From Ginglymostoma cirratum (Eukaryota): a stretch of 64,000 bases of DNA. Position 1 is the stretch's first letter. Each line of letters starts with the position of its first letter. The translations under genes and the position numbers were made by a program. The stretch spans positions 24,048,498 through 24,112,497 of the forward strand of contig JAHRHZ010000098.1 of NCBI GenBank assembly GCA_024137785.1, written 5' to 3'. Positions 52,783-64,000 of this stretch are shown here, in pieces. Below the pieces are notes generated by a model. It saw only the letters and a program-made list of their open reading frames with translations. It did not search any database and was not told the DNA's origin.

Positions 52783-53465
52783 TGCAGTGATCGTAACAAG
52801 TTCAACTAGGTGTACCTCGTAGAATATATGAGTTCCACGATTGGGGCTGTTAATTTGGTCCAATCAGGGAGACAGACAGGAACAGGAGTATCAGACATCC
52901 TGTTTGCTCTGAGAGCTGGATCAGTGTCAAGGATTCCCTACATGTAAAATAAAGGGTGATTTGGTGATGGAATACTGGTCTCTGTGGAGTTATTTCAGTG
53001 GCAATGAGAGAAAAAGCATGCTCCTGAAGAACTCATAGCAGTTGTCTGAGTTGTGGTCAGCATTTCTGGTCTCATGCTGTTACTTGGGAAGTTTGACTTC
53101 TTCAATACTGCCATCAAAGACTGGGCCCAGTATGTGGAAAGAGTGCGTTAATTTTTCTGAGCCAACAACATTCAGTCAGATGAAAAGCAATGAGTAATTC
53201 TACTGACAGCTTGTAGACCTGCAGCTTTTTCACTTATTAGGAGCCAAATGCTCCCTGCAGTACCAGCCAATAAAACCTTTCAAGAATTGACAGATTTAGT
53301 TAAGTAATAGTATAAACCACAAGACTCCCCTAATTCTAAGGTGCAACTGTTGTTACTTGACAATTCAAGAACCAGAGGAATCCATACTGGAACTTTTGAG
53401 CAAACTAAGATGACTGACAGGGGCGTATAACTTGGATTTAACCCTTAATGAGATGCTGAGAGACC
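52783..53465 (+). mobile_element. Gypsy (K02A2.6-like) element, 5' part: LTR 52783-52997, primer-binding site and gag N-terminus
   Basis: TG...CA LTR similar to the reverse complement of 56396-56625, followed by TGGCAATGAG. gag reads MLLLGKFDFF..DWAQYVERV..FQELTDLV..LNEMLRD. Confidence 0.85.
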
Positions 53466-53535
53466 TGCTGAGCTTTTCCAGCAAATTTGTTTTTGTTCCT
53501 GATTTACAACATCCGCAGTTCTTTTGGTTTTTATA
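53461..53535 (+). mobile_element. PLE-derived arm at the left inversion breakpoint
   Basis: AGACCTGCTGAGCTTTTCCAGCAAATTTGTTTTTGTTCC plus the terminal tail. Confidence 0.85.
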
Positions 53536-53932
53536 GAAGCAATGAAGTCTTGTTCCAACTTTACAAAACATTGGTTAAGCCACCAATGGGCACAAAGGAG
53601 ATTCATCAGGATGTTGCCTAGAATGGGAAATCTTAGTTACAAGGAGAGACAGAAGACTGGGTTTGTTTTCCCTGGAGCAGAGGAGGGGATCTGAGGAAAT
53701 ATCTTTTTCATCCAGGACGGTGGTAGAAACATGGAATGTGCTGCCAGAGAGGGTGGCGGAGGCAGGTACTCTCCTAACATTTAAACAGCATCTGGGTGAG
53801 CACTTAAAATGCCAGGTCATATCCTAAATGGACCAAGTGCAGGTAAATGGGATTAGTGTAGTTTGGTTTTTGTTGGTCAGCATAGACATGGTGGGCTGAA
53901 GGCTGTATGTGCTGTATGACCCTATAACTCAT
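53536..53932 (+). mobile_element. CR1 3' part (continuation of 60356-61400)
   Basis: Reads SNEVLFQLYKTLVKP...FIRMLPRM, ending in a 3'UTR and CTATGA-like tail. Confidence 0.8.
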
Positions 53933-54589
53933 CTAAATGCTGCCCCTCAGCAGCAGCATCTAAAAATAAACGACAGGCTCTAAGTAGTCACTGATGACAT
54001 TCAACTTTATAAGGAAACTTAGACTCAATGTAATTGTCAGAAGAATTATATGGAATTTGGGTGGAAACGTTTCACCCAGAGGGTGGCAACAGTCTGGAAC
54101 TTAATGAATGAAGAGATGATAAAGACAGGCCCCTCATCACATTAAAGAAATACTGTGGTATTTTCCAGATGACCACTGCTGGCAGTATGTGGTATTTGTT
54201 AAAGATTGGTTAATGTAGTTCTCTACCACTAATCGTCCTGTGTCTTTATTTGTCTTGGTCCTGTCTAATGATTAGTGGCAGAGATGTATAACCATGCAGA
54301 GTATCTACAGAAGAGATGCTGCTCTTTGATAACAGGAAGATTTATTACACATTAGCAATATGTCCAACATTTGTTCAGACATAATCCCTGGGATTTTGGA
54401 GTTGGTACAAATACATCTGGTCCCTCTGAAAGCTAGACAAGAACTATTTGTATCCCCCAGAGTGGGAGAGACATCGGTTGAATGGTTGAAGGTAATATAC
54501 CATGAACATTAACCCCTTTAGGGCCATTACCTTATGCAATACAAACCCACTTGAAGTTCCATAACCTACAGAGCTGTGGAGTGAAAGGT

Positions 54590-56394
54590 TGCAGATACTA
54601 TTTTTCCAGTGACTGAGGTGACTAGAGCAGTGGCAAAGCCAAATCTGTCATGGGAAACCAAAACACCACCACCAGGTTCAAATTTTGATTGCAATGTTCA
54701 GGAAGCAGAGGTTTTGCCCAATGTACAGGAGAATGAGGAAGTGCAAGTAACTTTGATGCAATTAAATGAGTGTAGTAACAGAGAAAATACTTCCAGTATT
54801 CACAGTAACATTTTGTGCAAATCTTTCATGTTCTGCGCTCCGAAAATGACAACATTGCCCAGGGAAGGAAACATTAAGGATAACCAAGCAACCCTTGTAC
54901 AACTAAAAGAATGCGGAATGGTTGTTGAGTTTTCTGCTACAATTTCTCCTTTAAAGTCCTTCATGGATCTGTCAAACTATGGTCAGGAAGTATTAGTATT
55001 TCTCAGTGTTTGACAAACTTTGGAGTGGGAAAATTCCCTGCTGACTCAGATGATGAGCAGAACCTACATTCAGAGAGGAAGTAAGAAGTGCATTGAAAGT
55101 GAAGCACAGGAAATTAAATTTCAATAGAATCAGCAAACTTGGGTCAGGATCCCACAGCAACTGAGATTCAAATTCCTCACACTGATTATTGTCAATCAAG
55201 TCAGTAAAAGAGATGTTTTNNNNNNNNNNNNNNNNNNNNNNNNNNNNNNNNNNNNNNNNNNNNNNNNNNNNNNNNNNNNNNNNNNNNNNNNNNNNNNNNN
55301 NNNNNNNNNNNNNNNNNNNNNNNNNNNNNNNNNNNNNNNNNNNNNNNNNNNNNNNNNNNNNNNNNNNNNNNNNNNNNNNNNNNNNNNNNNNNNNNNNNNN
55401 NNNNNNNNNNNNNNNNNNNNNNNNNNNNNNNNNNNNNNNNNNNNNNNNNNNNNNNNNNNNNNNNNNNNNNNNNNNNNNNNNNNNNNNNNNNNNNNNNNNN
55501 NNNNNNNNNNNNNNNNNNNNNNNNNNNNNNNNNNNNNNNNNNNNNNNNNNNNNNNNNNNNNNNNNNNNNNNNNNNNNNNNNNNNNNNNNNNNNNNNNNNN
55601 NNNNNNNNNNNNNNNNNNNATCTCAGATTCTCCAGCATCTGCAGTTTCTACTATCTCTGAAACAAGTTTAAGTTAGATTGCTTCAAAAACAAATGGACAT
55701 ATGCAGTTCAGAACAGTTGAAAAATAAAGCCTCGAAAAATGAATTTTCAGTTTGAAGTAATGGTTCAAGGTAGTAGATTTTCCAGGGAAATACAGTTGGT
55801 TAACACAAAAACCTACCAGCCTATTGAAGAAATCAGGTTTCTATTCCAACCCAAGGATGTAGACATCAGTCAAGTAACTGATAAAGGAAGCAACTGCAGT
55901 TAGAACAAGGGAATCAGACCTGAAAGCAAATGCAGAGAATAATATTTTCTGTTCATATCTTGAAGATGACTTTGTTGCAACAAAAAGGAAAAAAAAATGC
56001 TAAAGTATTTATTTGAGTTTGAATTGCAGGAAGATCTCAAACACCAATCTAAAAGCATTTGTCTGGGACCCAGATAACTCAATACAGTTTTAGACACTGA
56101 CCACAGAGGAATTATCTGTGGAGCCAGATGAAGTTAATTTTTCTTCTGTTTCAGTTGAAGGCTTGAATCCAAACACTAAGTGCTGTTATCCCAGATTAAT
56201 GTTATTTTATTTGGATTAAAAAGACTGGGCACCAAACAGATAGAATTTTATGTTCATGAGAGAAACTTTGTTGAAAAGTTTAAAATTGCAAAACTCAAGA
56301 CTATACCAATGGTGCCAACTGGTTAAATTCTCAAATATAAAGATTGTTCACATTGTTGGTAAAGATAATGTGATTACAGATGCCTTGTCCAGAT
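54590..56394 (+). mobile_element. Decayed Gmr1-like LTR element pol remnants
   Basis: IFPVTEVTRAVAK (post-protease motif) at ~54600, and RNase H end NIKIVHIVGKDNVITDALSR at 56334-56393. Confidence 0.55.
55220..55619. other. Assembly gap (400 N), with a PLE tail on its right edge
   Basis: Run of N followed by ATCTCAGATTCTCCAGCATCTGCAG. Confidence 1.
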
Positions 56395-56395
56395 A

Positions 56396-59300
56396 GAATA
56401 CTGACCTCTGCAGTTATTTCAGTCATCATATCACTCTTCATGTACACATGGAGAGTCCTTGGCACTGATCTAACTCCCTTAAAGCCATCTCAGAGTGACA
56501 AGATCTCAGACACTCCTGTTCCTATCTGTCAACTCGGGCTCCCTGACTGGGCCACATTAACAGCCATAATCAGGGAGCTCACTTTCTAGGAGATCCACCT
56601 GGCTGACCTTGTCAAAGCCACAACATCCCATCCCTTGGAGTCTGAGGACACAGGCTGTTTCCCCAACTCCCATCTCCTCCTGGGGCTTTTTAAGTCACTG
56701 GGTCAGGTTCCTTTGACTCTGCCTCTGATACAGGTGGTATGTAATGCATAGCAGCTCACCTCTTGCACCTGGAGCAACTGGGAAGAAATCCATTCTCTTC
56801 TATAGGCAGCAAAGGCATTGATGTGGTGACATCCACTGTATCCATCTCAGATTCAGATGTCTCTTCAACTCTTGATGGACAGGGAGAACCCCTGTGTTCC
56901 AGGACAGTTGGAAAGGCTGTCGAGGAGCAAAGCATGTATCACTCTTGCACCATATATGAATTTGCAGCTTTCATGTGGTTCACGTGCTTGTTCAGAACTG
57001 TCGTACCTACCTGAACTTTATACGTTACTGGACCTGACCTCACATCAACCATGCCTCTTACCCACGTAGGGCGATTCCTGTGCTTCCAACACCAAAATTT
57101 GTCCCCTGCAGTAAACTGTCTCACTCAGTAGAGTCCTGTGTCCAGCACTTATGTTCCTGATGCCATTTTCACCCTCACCCCAAACCCGGGAACATCAGAG
57201 TTAACCTGGTACGGTGCCTTCTCCCCATTAGCAACTCTGCTGCAGCTATCCCCATAGTTGCAAGAGGAATGGTCCTATAATCAAACAGGAACCAGGACAG
57301 TTTGGTATCTACTCAAGCTGAAGGCTGTTTCTTCAAGCCTACCTTCAAAGATTGAACTGCTCTTTCTGCCAAACCATTAGATGGTGGATGGTACGGAGTT
57401 GTCCTTAATGTCAAATACCATTCGACTCTCGGAAATACTCAAACTCCCAGCTGGTAAACAATGGTCCGTTATCTGTGACCAACCCTTCTGGGAGAGCCCA
57501 TGTATTGCGAAAGATGTGTGCAGCTTTTCTACTGCTGTCATTGTTTTAAACGAATGAACTCTATGCATGTCCAGCCACTTTTAGTGGATATCCACAATCA
57601 CTAGGAACATTGAGCCCATGAAAGGACTAGCACAGTTGTCATGTAACCGAGTCCAGGGTTTACCTGGCCATTCCTACAAATATGGGGGAGATACTGGTGG
57701 TAATTTTTGTCCTTGGTGGCACTCTGGGCACTGCCCCACAACTGCAGCTCTGTCTGCATCCAATCCTGGCCACCAGACATAACTTTTCACCAACATCTTC
57801 ATTTTGGAAACCCCTGGTGGAGTTCAGCCAGTATCTAGTAGCAACTTTTTAATGGGAAGAATTATTCTTGCTCCCCATAATATGCCATCCTCTGATATGA
57901 CCTGGTGTCTCTGGGTCCATAAAAGTTACAATCTGGTTGTGATGTACCTATGATTTCACCACCGCCCCCACCCCCACCCCCACCCCAACCCCCACGATCA
58001 GCCGTTTCAGTTTTGACAGGATGGGATTTTTCCCCAATCCAAATTCTGATACTGTCAACTGTGACTGGAAGGGTGTCCAGACAACTGGACACCACTATGG
58101 ACCCTTCCAATGGCAGTACCACCAGTGGTGTATCTGCCAGTGGGAGGCAGCTCAATGCATCCGCATTTTCTACCTGGCCGCCCAGACGGTGGTCCAACTT
58201 ATAATTGTACGTACTTCTTATTAGAGCCCACTGCTGAATTCAACCTGAAACTATGGCCGTACTGCCTTGTCCTTTAAGTACACCTAGCAGGGGTTTGTGG
58301 GCTGCTACAATTAGAAATTAACATCTGTAAAGCTATTGGTGGAACTTCCCAACTCCAAGTATGACCACTCAACCTTCCTTCTCCACCTGGGAGTACTTAT
58401 GCTCTGCATTAACCAAAGTCCTGGATGCATACTCTATTGTTCCTCTCCATTGGGCCACGTATGAGCTAATACTACTCCAATGCAGTACAGGGAGACATTG
58501 CACGTCAATACCAGATCTCACTTGGGACCAAAGTCTGCCAACACCTTTGAGGATGACAGCGGTTTCTTTACTTCCTTGAAAGCTGACAGTGTTTGATGCA
58601 AAGGTGCCAGATTTTGTATGAAATTTTCATAATAATTCACCGACTCAAGGACAGACCTGATCTCTGGAGCAAAGGTACCTTGGATCACCCTTACTTTATC
58701 TTCCGGTAATCCAGTCTGGTTGACTCTGTAGCCCAAGTAGGTCACTTGAGTTGCCTGGAGCACATATTTTCCCCTTCTAAGGCATCTACCCACCTGGGAG
58801 ATACATTGAAGGATTATATCCAAACTCTCCAAGTGCTCTTTAATGATCTTCCCTGTTGTTAGCACATCCAGATAAATGGCAACCTGGCCTAGACCTCAAA
58901 ATGTTCTCCACTATCTGCTGGAAAAGGGCACAGGCTGATGGTACCCAATGTGGCAGTCTTGTGTTTTGGCACAAACCCTTATGGGTATTAATTGTGGCAT
59001 ACTTCTGGTACTCCTCATCTAGTCATAATTGCAGAACAGGTGGCTCATGTCCAGCTTTGTGAAGAACAGGCCCCTGCCAGTTTTACAAGTACTCTATGCG
59101 AGGGATTGAGTATTTATCCAGCTGCGAGAAGTGGTTTACCATTTGCCTTAAGTCTCTACAAAGGCAAACCGACCCATTGGGCTTCATGATTGGTACAACC
59201 AATGCTGCCCATTTCACAAACTGCACTGGTTTGATGATTCCTTCACTTTCCAGCCTCCTGATTTCTGCCTCTACTTTTGCCCGTAAGGCCAATGGCAGTG

Positions 59301-60251
59301 GCCGGGCCTTGCAGAATTGTGTTTTTGTTTCCTAGTAACATGCAAGGTGGCCTTGGCTTCTTTGATAATCTCTAGGCCTTCCTGAAAAAATGTCTGGGTA
59401 TTTAATTAGGACTTCACTCAGGCGGCCATTTTCTAATCAAAGAAATGATCAGCCAATCTAGGTGAGTCTTTGTCAACCAATTTCATTTCATCAAGCGTGA
59501 GCCCAAGCCTTTTACTACAATCAGTGGGAACTGAACCAGCTCCTTCCCGTAAGAGTCTGGAACTGAAGTTGCACCTGTAATCTGCAAAGGTTCCCCAGTA
59601 TAGGTGCTCAGCCTAGCCAAGGTCATGTGCAAACTTAAGGATTGGAGTCCAGAGAGAATTTTGCTAAAGACTGGTTCTGCAATCACTGAATTGGCTGAAC
59701 TAGTTTCAGCCTCCATTAGAACCAGGTGACCATTTAACCAGACATTTACTTTGTTTGGTTCTGATTTGGATGTTGCTAAGCTATTTAGTTGTTCCAACTC
59801 ACATGTAGGTGGACTTTACAGGTGGCGCACTCTCCTGGATACCGGCCTACGAGTTCTCTTATTCAATTTAGGTCTAGTGGGACTCCTTTGCTGTCTCAAG
59901 TCTATATACTAGCAGGAACTACAGTGGTTTGCTGGCCCAGATCCTAAAGAAAATTTTAACCGTTTGGCCGAGTCTTGGCTTTGTTTTGGGGTTTTGCTGT
60001 GTGCTGACCTAGAGTCCCTCTGTTCAGGATATATCCTGAGTGTAGCTATGCCATCACCTTCACTTAAGTGGTTTTCCCCAACCACAGCCAGCCTGGCTAG
60101 GGTTTTGAGTTTCATCAGAATACCCAGCAACTCATATGCTCCACTTGAAGCATTTTCCACTGATAATGTCAGTTGTACTACTTGTTTGAAGTCCAGTTGG
60201 GCTTCAGCTGGTAGGCACTTTTGCATGGTTACATCATTAATCCCACACACT
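56396..60251 (-). mobile_element. Gypsy element, 3' part: gag C-terminus, PR, RT, RH, IN, polypurine tract and 3' LTR (decayed)
   Basis: VCGINDVTMQK; LNGHLVLMEAETSS; KVEAEIRRLESEGIIKPV..WAALVVP; TYLGYRV; ENADALSCLP; YWWPGLD; VRSGPVTYKV. The tract AAGGGATGGGA is followed by the LTR 56625-56396. Confidence 0.92.
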
Positions 60252-60355
60252 CAGAATTGAGGAAGGGTCACTGGACCCAAAACGTTAACTCTGTTTTCTC
60301 CTCCACAGATGCTGCCAGACCTGCTGAACTTTCCCAGTAAATTTGTTTTTGTTCC
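60252..60355 (+). mobile_element. PLE-derived arm with degenerate hammerhead at the right inversion breakpoint
   Basis: TTGAGGAAGGGTCACTGGACCCAAAACGTTAAC...AGATGCTGCCAGACCTGCTGAAC. Confidence 0.85.
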
Positions 60356-61400
60356 TTGCTTCGAGATGCTATACCTTGGCTAATGAAGGCAAGCATCCTG
60401 TATGCCTTCTTCACAACCCTGTATACCTGTGCAGACACCTTTTTATGGATCTTTGGACCTGTACACCAAGGTCCCCTTGTTTCTCAGTGTACCAGTCACT
60501 GTTTATGTCCTTTCCTCATTACACCTCCCAAAATGCATCCCTTTCCACTTATCAGAATTAAATTTCATTTGCAATTGCTGTGCCCAATTTACCAGCTGAT
60601 CAATAGCAGACTGTAGCCTCAGACCATCCTCCTCATTATCAACATTGCCAATTTTCATGTCATCTGAAAACTCACTAATTATACATTCACATGCAAGTCG
60701 TTAATGCACGTAATAAATAGCAAGGTACCTGGCACTAATCCTTGTAGTACACTGCTGGTCACAGTTTTCCAATCACGAAAATAACCATCCTACATTTCTC
60801 TTTGCCTCCTGTGTGCAAATTATTTGAATCCAGTTGGCCAACTTGCCTCTGATTTCATGAACTCTTACCATTTGGACCTTCCATGTGGGACCTTGTCAAA
60901 GGCCTTACTGATATCCATGTAAAACACATCAACTGTATTACTCTCATCAATATATTTAGTCACCTTTTCAAAAACTCAAACTCCCTCCAACAAATCCATG
61001 CTGACTATCTCTGACCAATCCTTGCCTTACCAAATGTTGGCTAATCCTGACCCTCAGATTTTTTTCCAATAGTTTTCCTATCACTGAAGTCAGGCAAACT
61101 GATTTGTATTTAGTTAGCTATCCCTGCTGCCCTCCTTGAACAAAGGACCCACATTAGCTATCCTCCAGTCATGTCACTTAATCTGTGGCTAACAAAGGAC
61201 TTAATGTCCCACTCAGAGCTCGAGCAATCTCCTCTCTTGTCTCCCACAGCAGCCTGGGATCTATCTCCTGAGGGCCTGGGCATTTAGTCACCTTTATGCC
61301 CACCAAAAAATCTAATAACTCCTCTTTATTAATCTTAAAATGCTTTAGAACCTCATTTTCCTAAGTGAATTTTCCAGCGACAATCCTTTTCTCATTCACT
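60356..61400 (-). mobile_element. CR1 RT region (5' part of a split element)
   Basis: Minus strand reads YMDISKAFDKVPH, FSDDMKIG and VVKKAYRMLAFISQGIASRS. Confidence 0.85.
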
Positions 61401-61599
61401 AAAGGAGAAATACGAAGGTCTAATTTTTGACAGAAACCATTAATGTCTTCATTTCGTAAATCAAATGAAGCACAATGGTCAATTTCAATCTTTCCTTGTG
61501 CTTTGAGTTACATTGGACAATGGTTGAAAACAGGCTCAGATCAAAATATATCCTCCAATGGCATAATTGATGCAGATCTATGACAAATCTCAATAACTT

Positions 61600-63700
61600 A
61601 GTACCGACTTAAGATGTTTTAATGAGTATTATTACAAGCAGCTTTTTTATGACTGTGAATTTTCTGAGCACGTTTACAGAATTAAGCTGGTTGAGGCAAA
61701 CCAGGAAATGTCAAAACCATCAGTGAAATAAAACTGCATGCTGGGAGATCAAAATAAAATGGGGTCAGTGTGGTGGAAATGCAAAGAACAGATGAGAAGG
61801 GATTATAAGATTAGCTGAAAAGTTAAAGCTGTTCACATATTAATGCCTTCATGGTCACTAAGAAGTTCACTTACAATCAGGTTAGTAAGTGCATGGACCA
61901 AGTAGATGTCAATCGTCATCAGCAGTCAGATTCCAATGTGGTCATCTGAAGCATTGAGCTAGAAATTACAGAAGTTCAGAGAGGAATACTTGGAATACTG
62001 ACAGAGTAATCAATTGTGAATTGTTTTGTGTATGTGATAAATGAATTATGAGAGGAAATGGTTGGGTAATAAGTAATGTTTTATGCGCGTATCTTGGCAC
62101 AAACTAGCAGAGTAAGGTTGAAGTTGTCTTTTTCATAATCTTGCAATTTGATATAGGATTTTCAGGAACCCATCCATTGAATTCTTTCCGCTTCTGTCAA
62201 AGTTTTGGAAGTAAAGTTTTTTGGGGTATTCGAAATATCCTAGATTCAGAAGGCTATGGACTAAGAGTGGTATTGTGACAAAAAACATGTTTTTGGAGAT
62301 AATGTTTGGTGTTGTTGTAGGGTAAGTAATGGACAAAATCTGACATGAAATATCATTGATGTCACATGTGCAGCATGACATGGAAATCCAAAATTTGCTG
62401 GTAGTATTCTATATTTCCCCAGAGGATGTGCTGCTGAATTCACCAGTGGAAACCAGTGGAAAATCTATACTAATGAGATGTCCACTCTTATCCTGTCAGT
62501 CCCACTGTGTAAAGAAAAAAAACAAAAAGTTACACATTGGTAAATAAGATGCAACTAGGTTTTTAGTTACGCACCTATTGGTAAATACGCTCTTTGAACC
62601 CAAAAACTAACTTTATATGTTAGAGATATTAAATTGCTCCAATCAAATACAAAAAAAAACTATTCCTGCTCCTATGATGCTGCTTGACCTGCTGTGTTCA
62701 TCCAGCCCCATGCTTGTTATCTCGGATTCTCCAGCATCTGCAGTACCTTTTATCTCTTATACCTGGTAAAGGTTTGATTAGCTTCAGGTTTTCTTAATAT
62801 TAGTCCAAATCTCTTCACTCGGTACTCAATATCTTTATCAAATTGTTATCATCTACTTCACAATCTGAAAATTATAAGTGAAATATATGAAGTGCTTTTA
62901 AGGGCTTGCTTTTCATGAGTACTTCAATGTTACCTGCTTGATCACATCACTGCTGCTGCATGTCAAGACACCCTCTTGTCTTGGCACTAGATTTAAAGGA
63001 CTGATAGAAATGAGAAAAGACACAACAGAGATCCACAAAGACCTTTTATTAGCAGCTTTCTTCAGGTCAGCAACAAACTACCCTTCCTTTACCTCAAAAT
63101 GCATGTCAATATTTTGAAACCACTTCCATTCACAAATTGAATCATCCTTGACAGTGATCATGAACATTAATTTAGGATATTAGAATGCAGAACCTGCATG
63201 TAGTACATATAGAATGTACATAGAAGTAGATCATCAAATGGGTATTAATTGCTCTTTGCACTATCTCTAGCTAAACATTTGGACAACCTTCTTATAGATT
63301 TCCAACTGTGCAACACTGAATTTCAGTTCCTTTTTAAGTGGTCAGAATGAATATTATCAGTATTATTCTGTTACAAATTAATCATCAATTGGATACATTG
63401 TTCATACCAGTGGATTACAATGCTCATATGGTGATTCAATTACCTGGAATAGATTGCTGGAGGTTGGTCTCAATACCAATGAGCCCCACAATTGGAGCAG
63501 TAATCTTCTCCTGTGCCTCAAATAAAAACATGTTAATGGGATCATACTTTCAAATAAGTATAGGACAGCCATTCCATTTTCAAGTGTTAGGATGGTTATT
63601 GATGAACATTATTGATTGGATTCATTCACATTTTTGACATTGGAATGTCACAATCATGAGATTACTGCCAAAATCATTTTTTGCTTACTATTATTCTCCA
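61600..63700 (-). pseudogene. Candidate decayed viral envelope/fusion glycoprotein gene
   Basis: LRHRRR (63521-63504), then after a frameshift ITAPIVGLIGIETNLQQSI. Downstream segments have Cys residues and N-x-T sequons. Many stops; weak. Confidence 0.25.
62663..62756 (+). mobile_element. 5'-truncated PLE terminal fragment
   Basis: Exact reverse complement of 15548-15641. Confidence 0.9.
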
Positions 63701-64000
63701 GGCTAAGTGATTCTTAGTGATACAGAAATTCTAGTGTTCGAGGCTAAAATTACATACATTTTACTGCTTGATGTTCTGCAGGATATTACTAAAACCAAAT
63801 CTTCATTAGAGGCTGTTACAACCAGGGGAAGAGGAATGAACCAGCTCTGTTTTCAAACTCGTACACACAAACAACTGACATACTGCTTAGACAACTTGGT
63901 GTCCTTTGAAGTGTTCAGTTTCAATCTAACTAACCAACCAGGATGTTATGCTCTTGGGCTCTCTGCAATACTAACTATTGCAGTTTTTTTCACATTCTTG

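Overview
Eukaryotic, AT-rich, repeat-dense intergenic or intronic DNA. It is almost certainly from a shark, inferred from HE1 V-SINEs, HER1/CR1 LINEs and a Deu-domain SINE. I found no host protein-coding gene or RNA gene that I can support. The window is a nested set of decayed transposable elements: SINEs, CR1/L2 LINEs, Penelope-like elements (PLEs), Gypsy and Gmr1-like LTR elements, four Harbinger Myb/SANT gene remnants and a hAT transposase. It also holds several minisatellites and two 400-N gaps. Main observations: (1) about a dozen minimal hammerhead-ribozyme cores sit in short PLE-derived, often fold-back, insertions, five of which have 13-15 bp target-site duplications (TSDs); (2) a ~6.8 kb inversion (53466-60251) has the two arms of one such element at its breakpoints and is supported by three independently split elements; (3) a weak candidate fossil viral fusion-glycoprotein gene lies at the right end. 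All calls come from reading the sequence by eye, with no database searches, so element boundaries are approximate.
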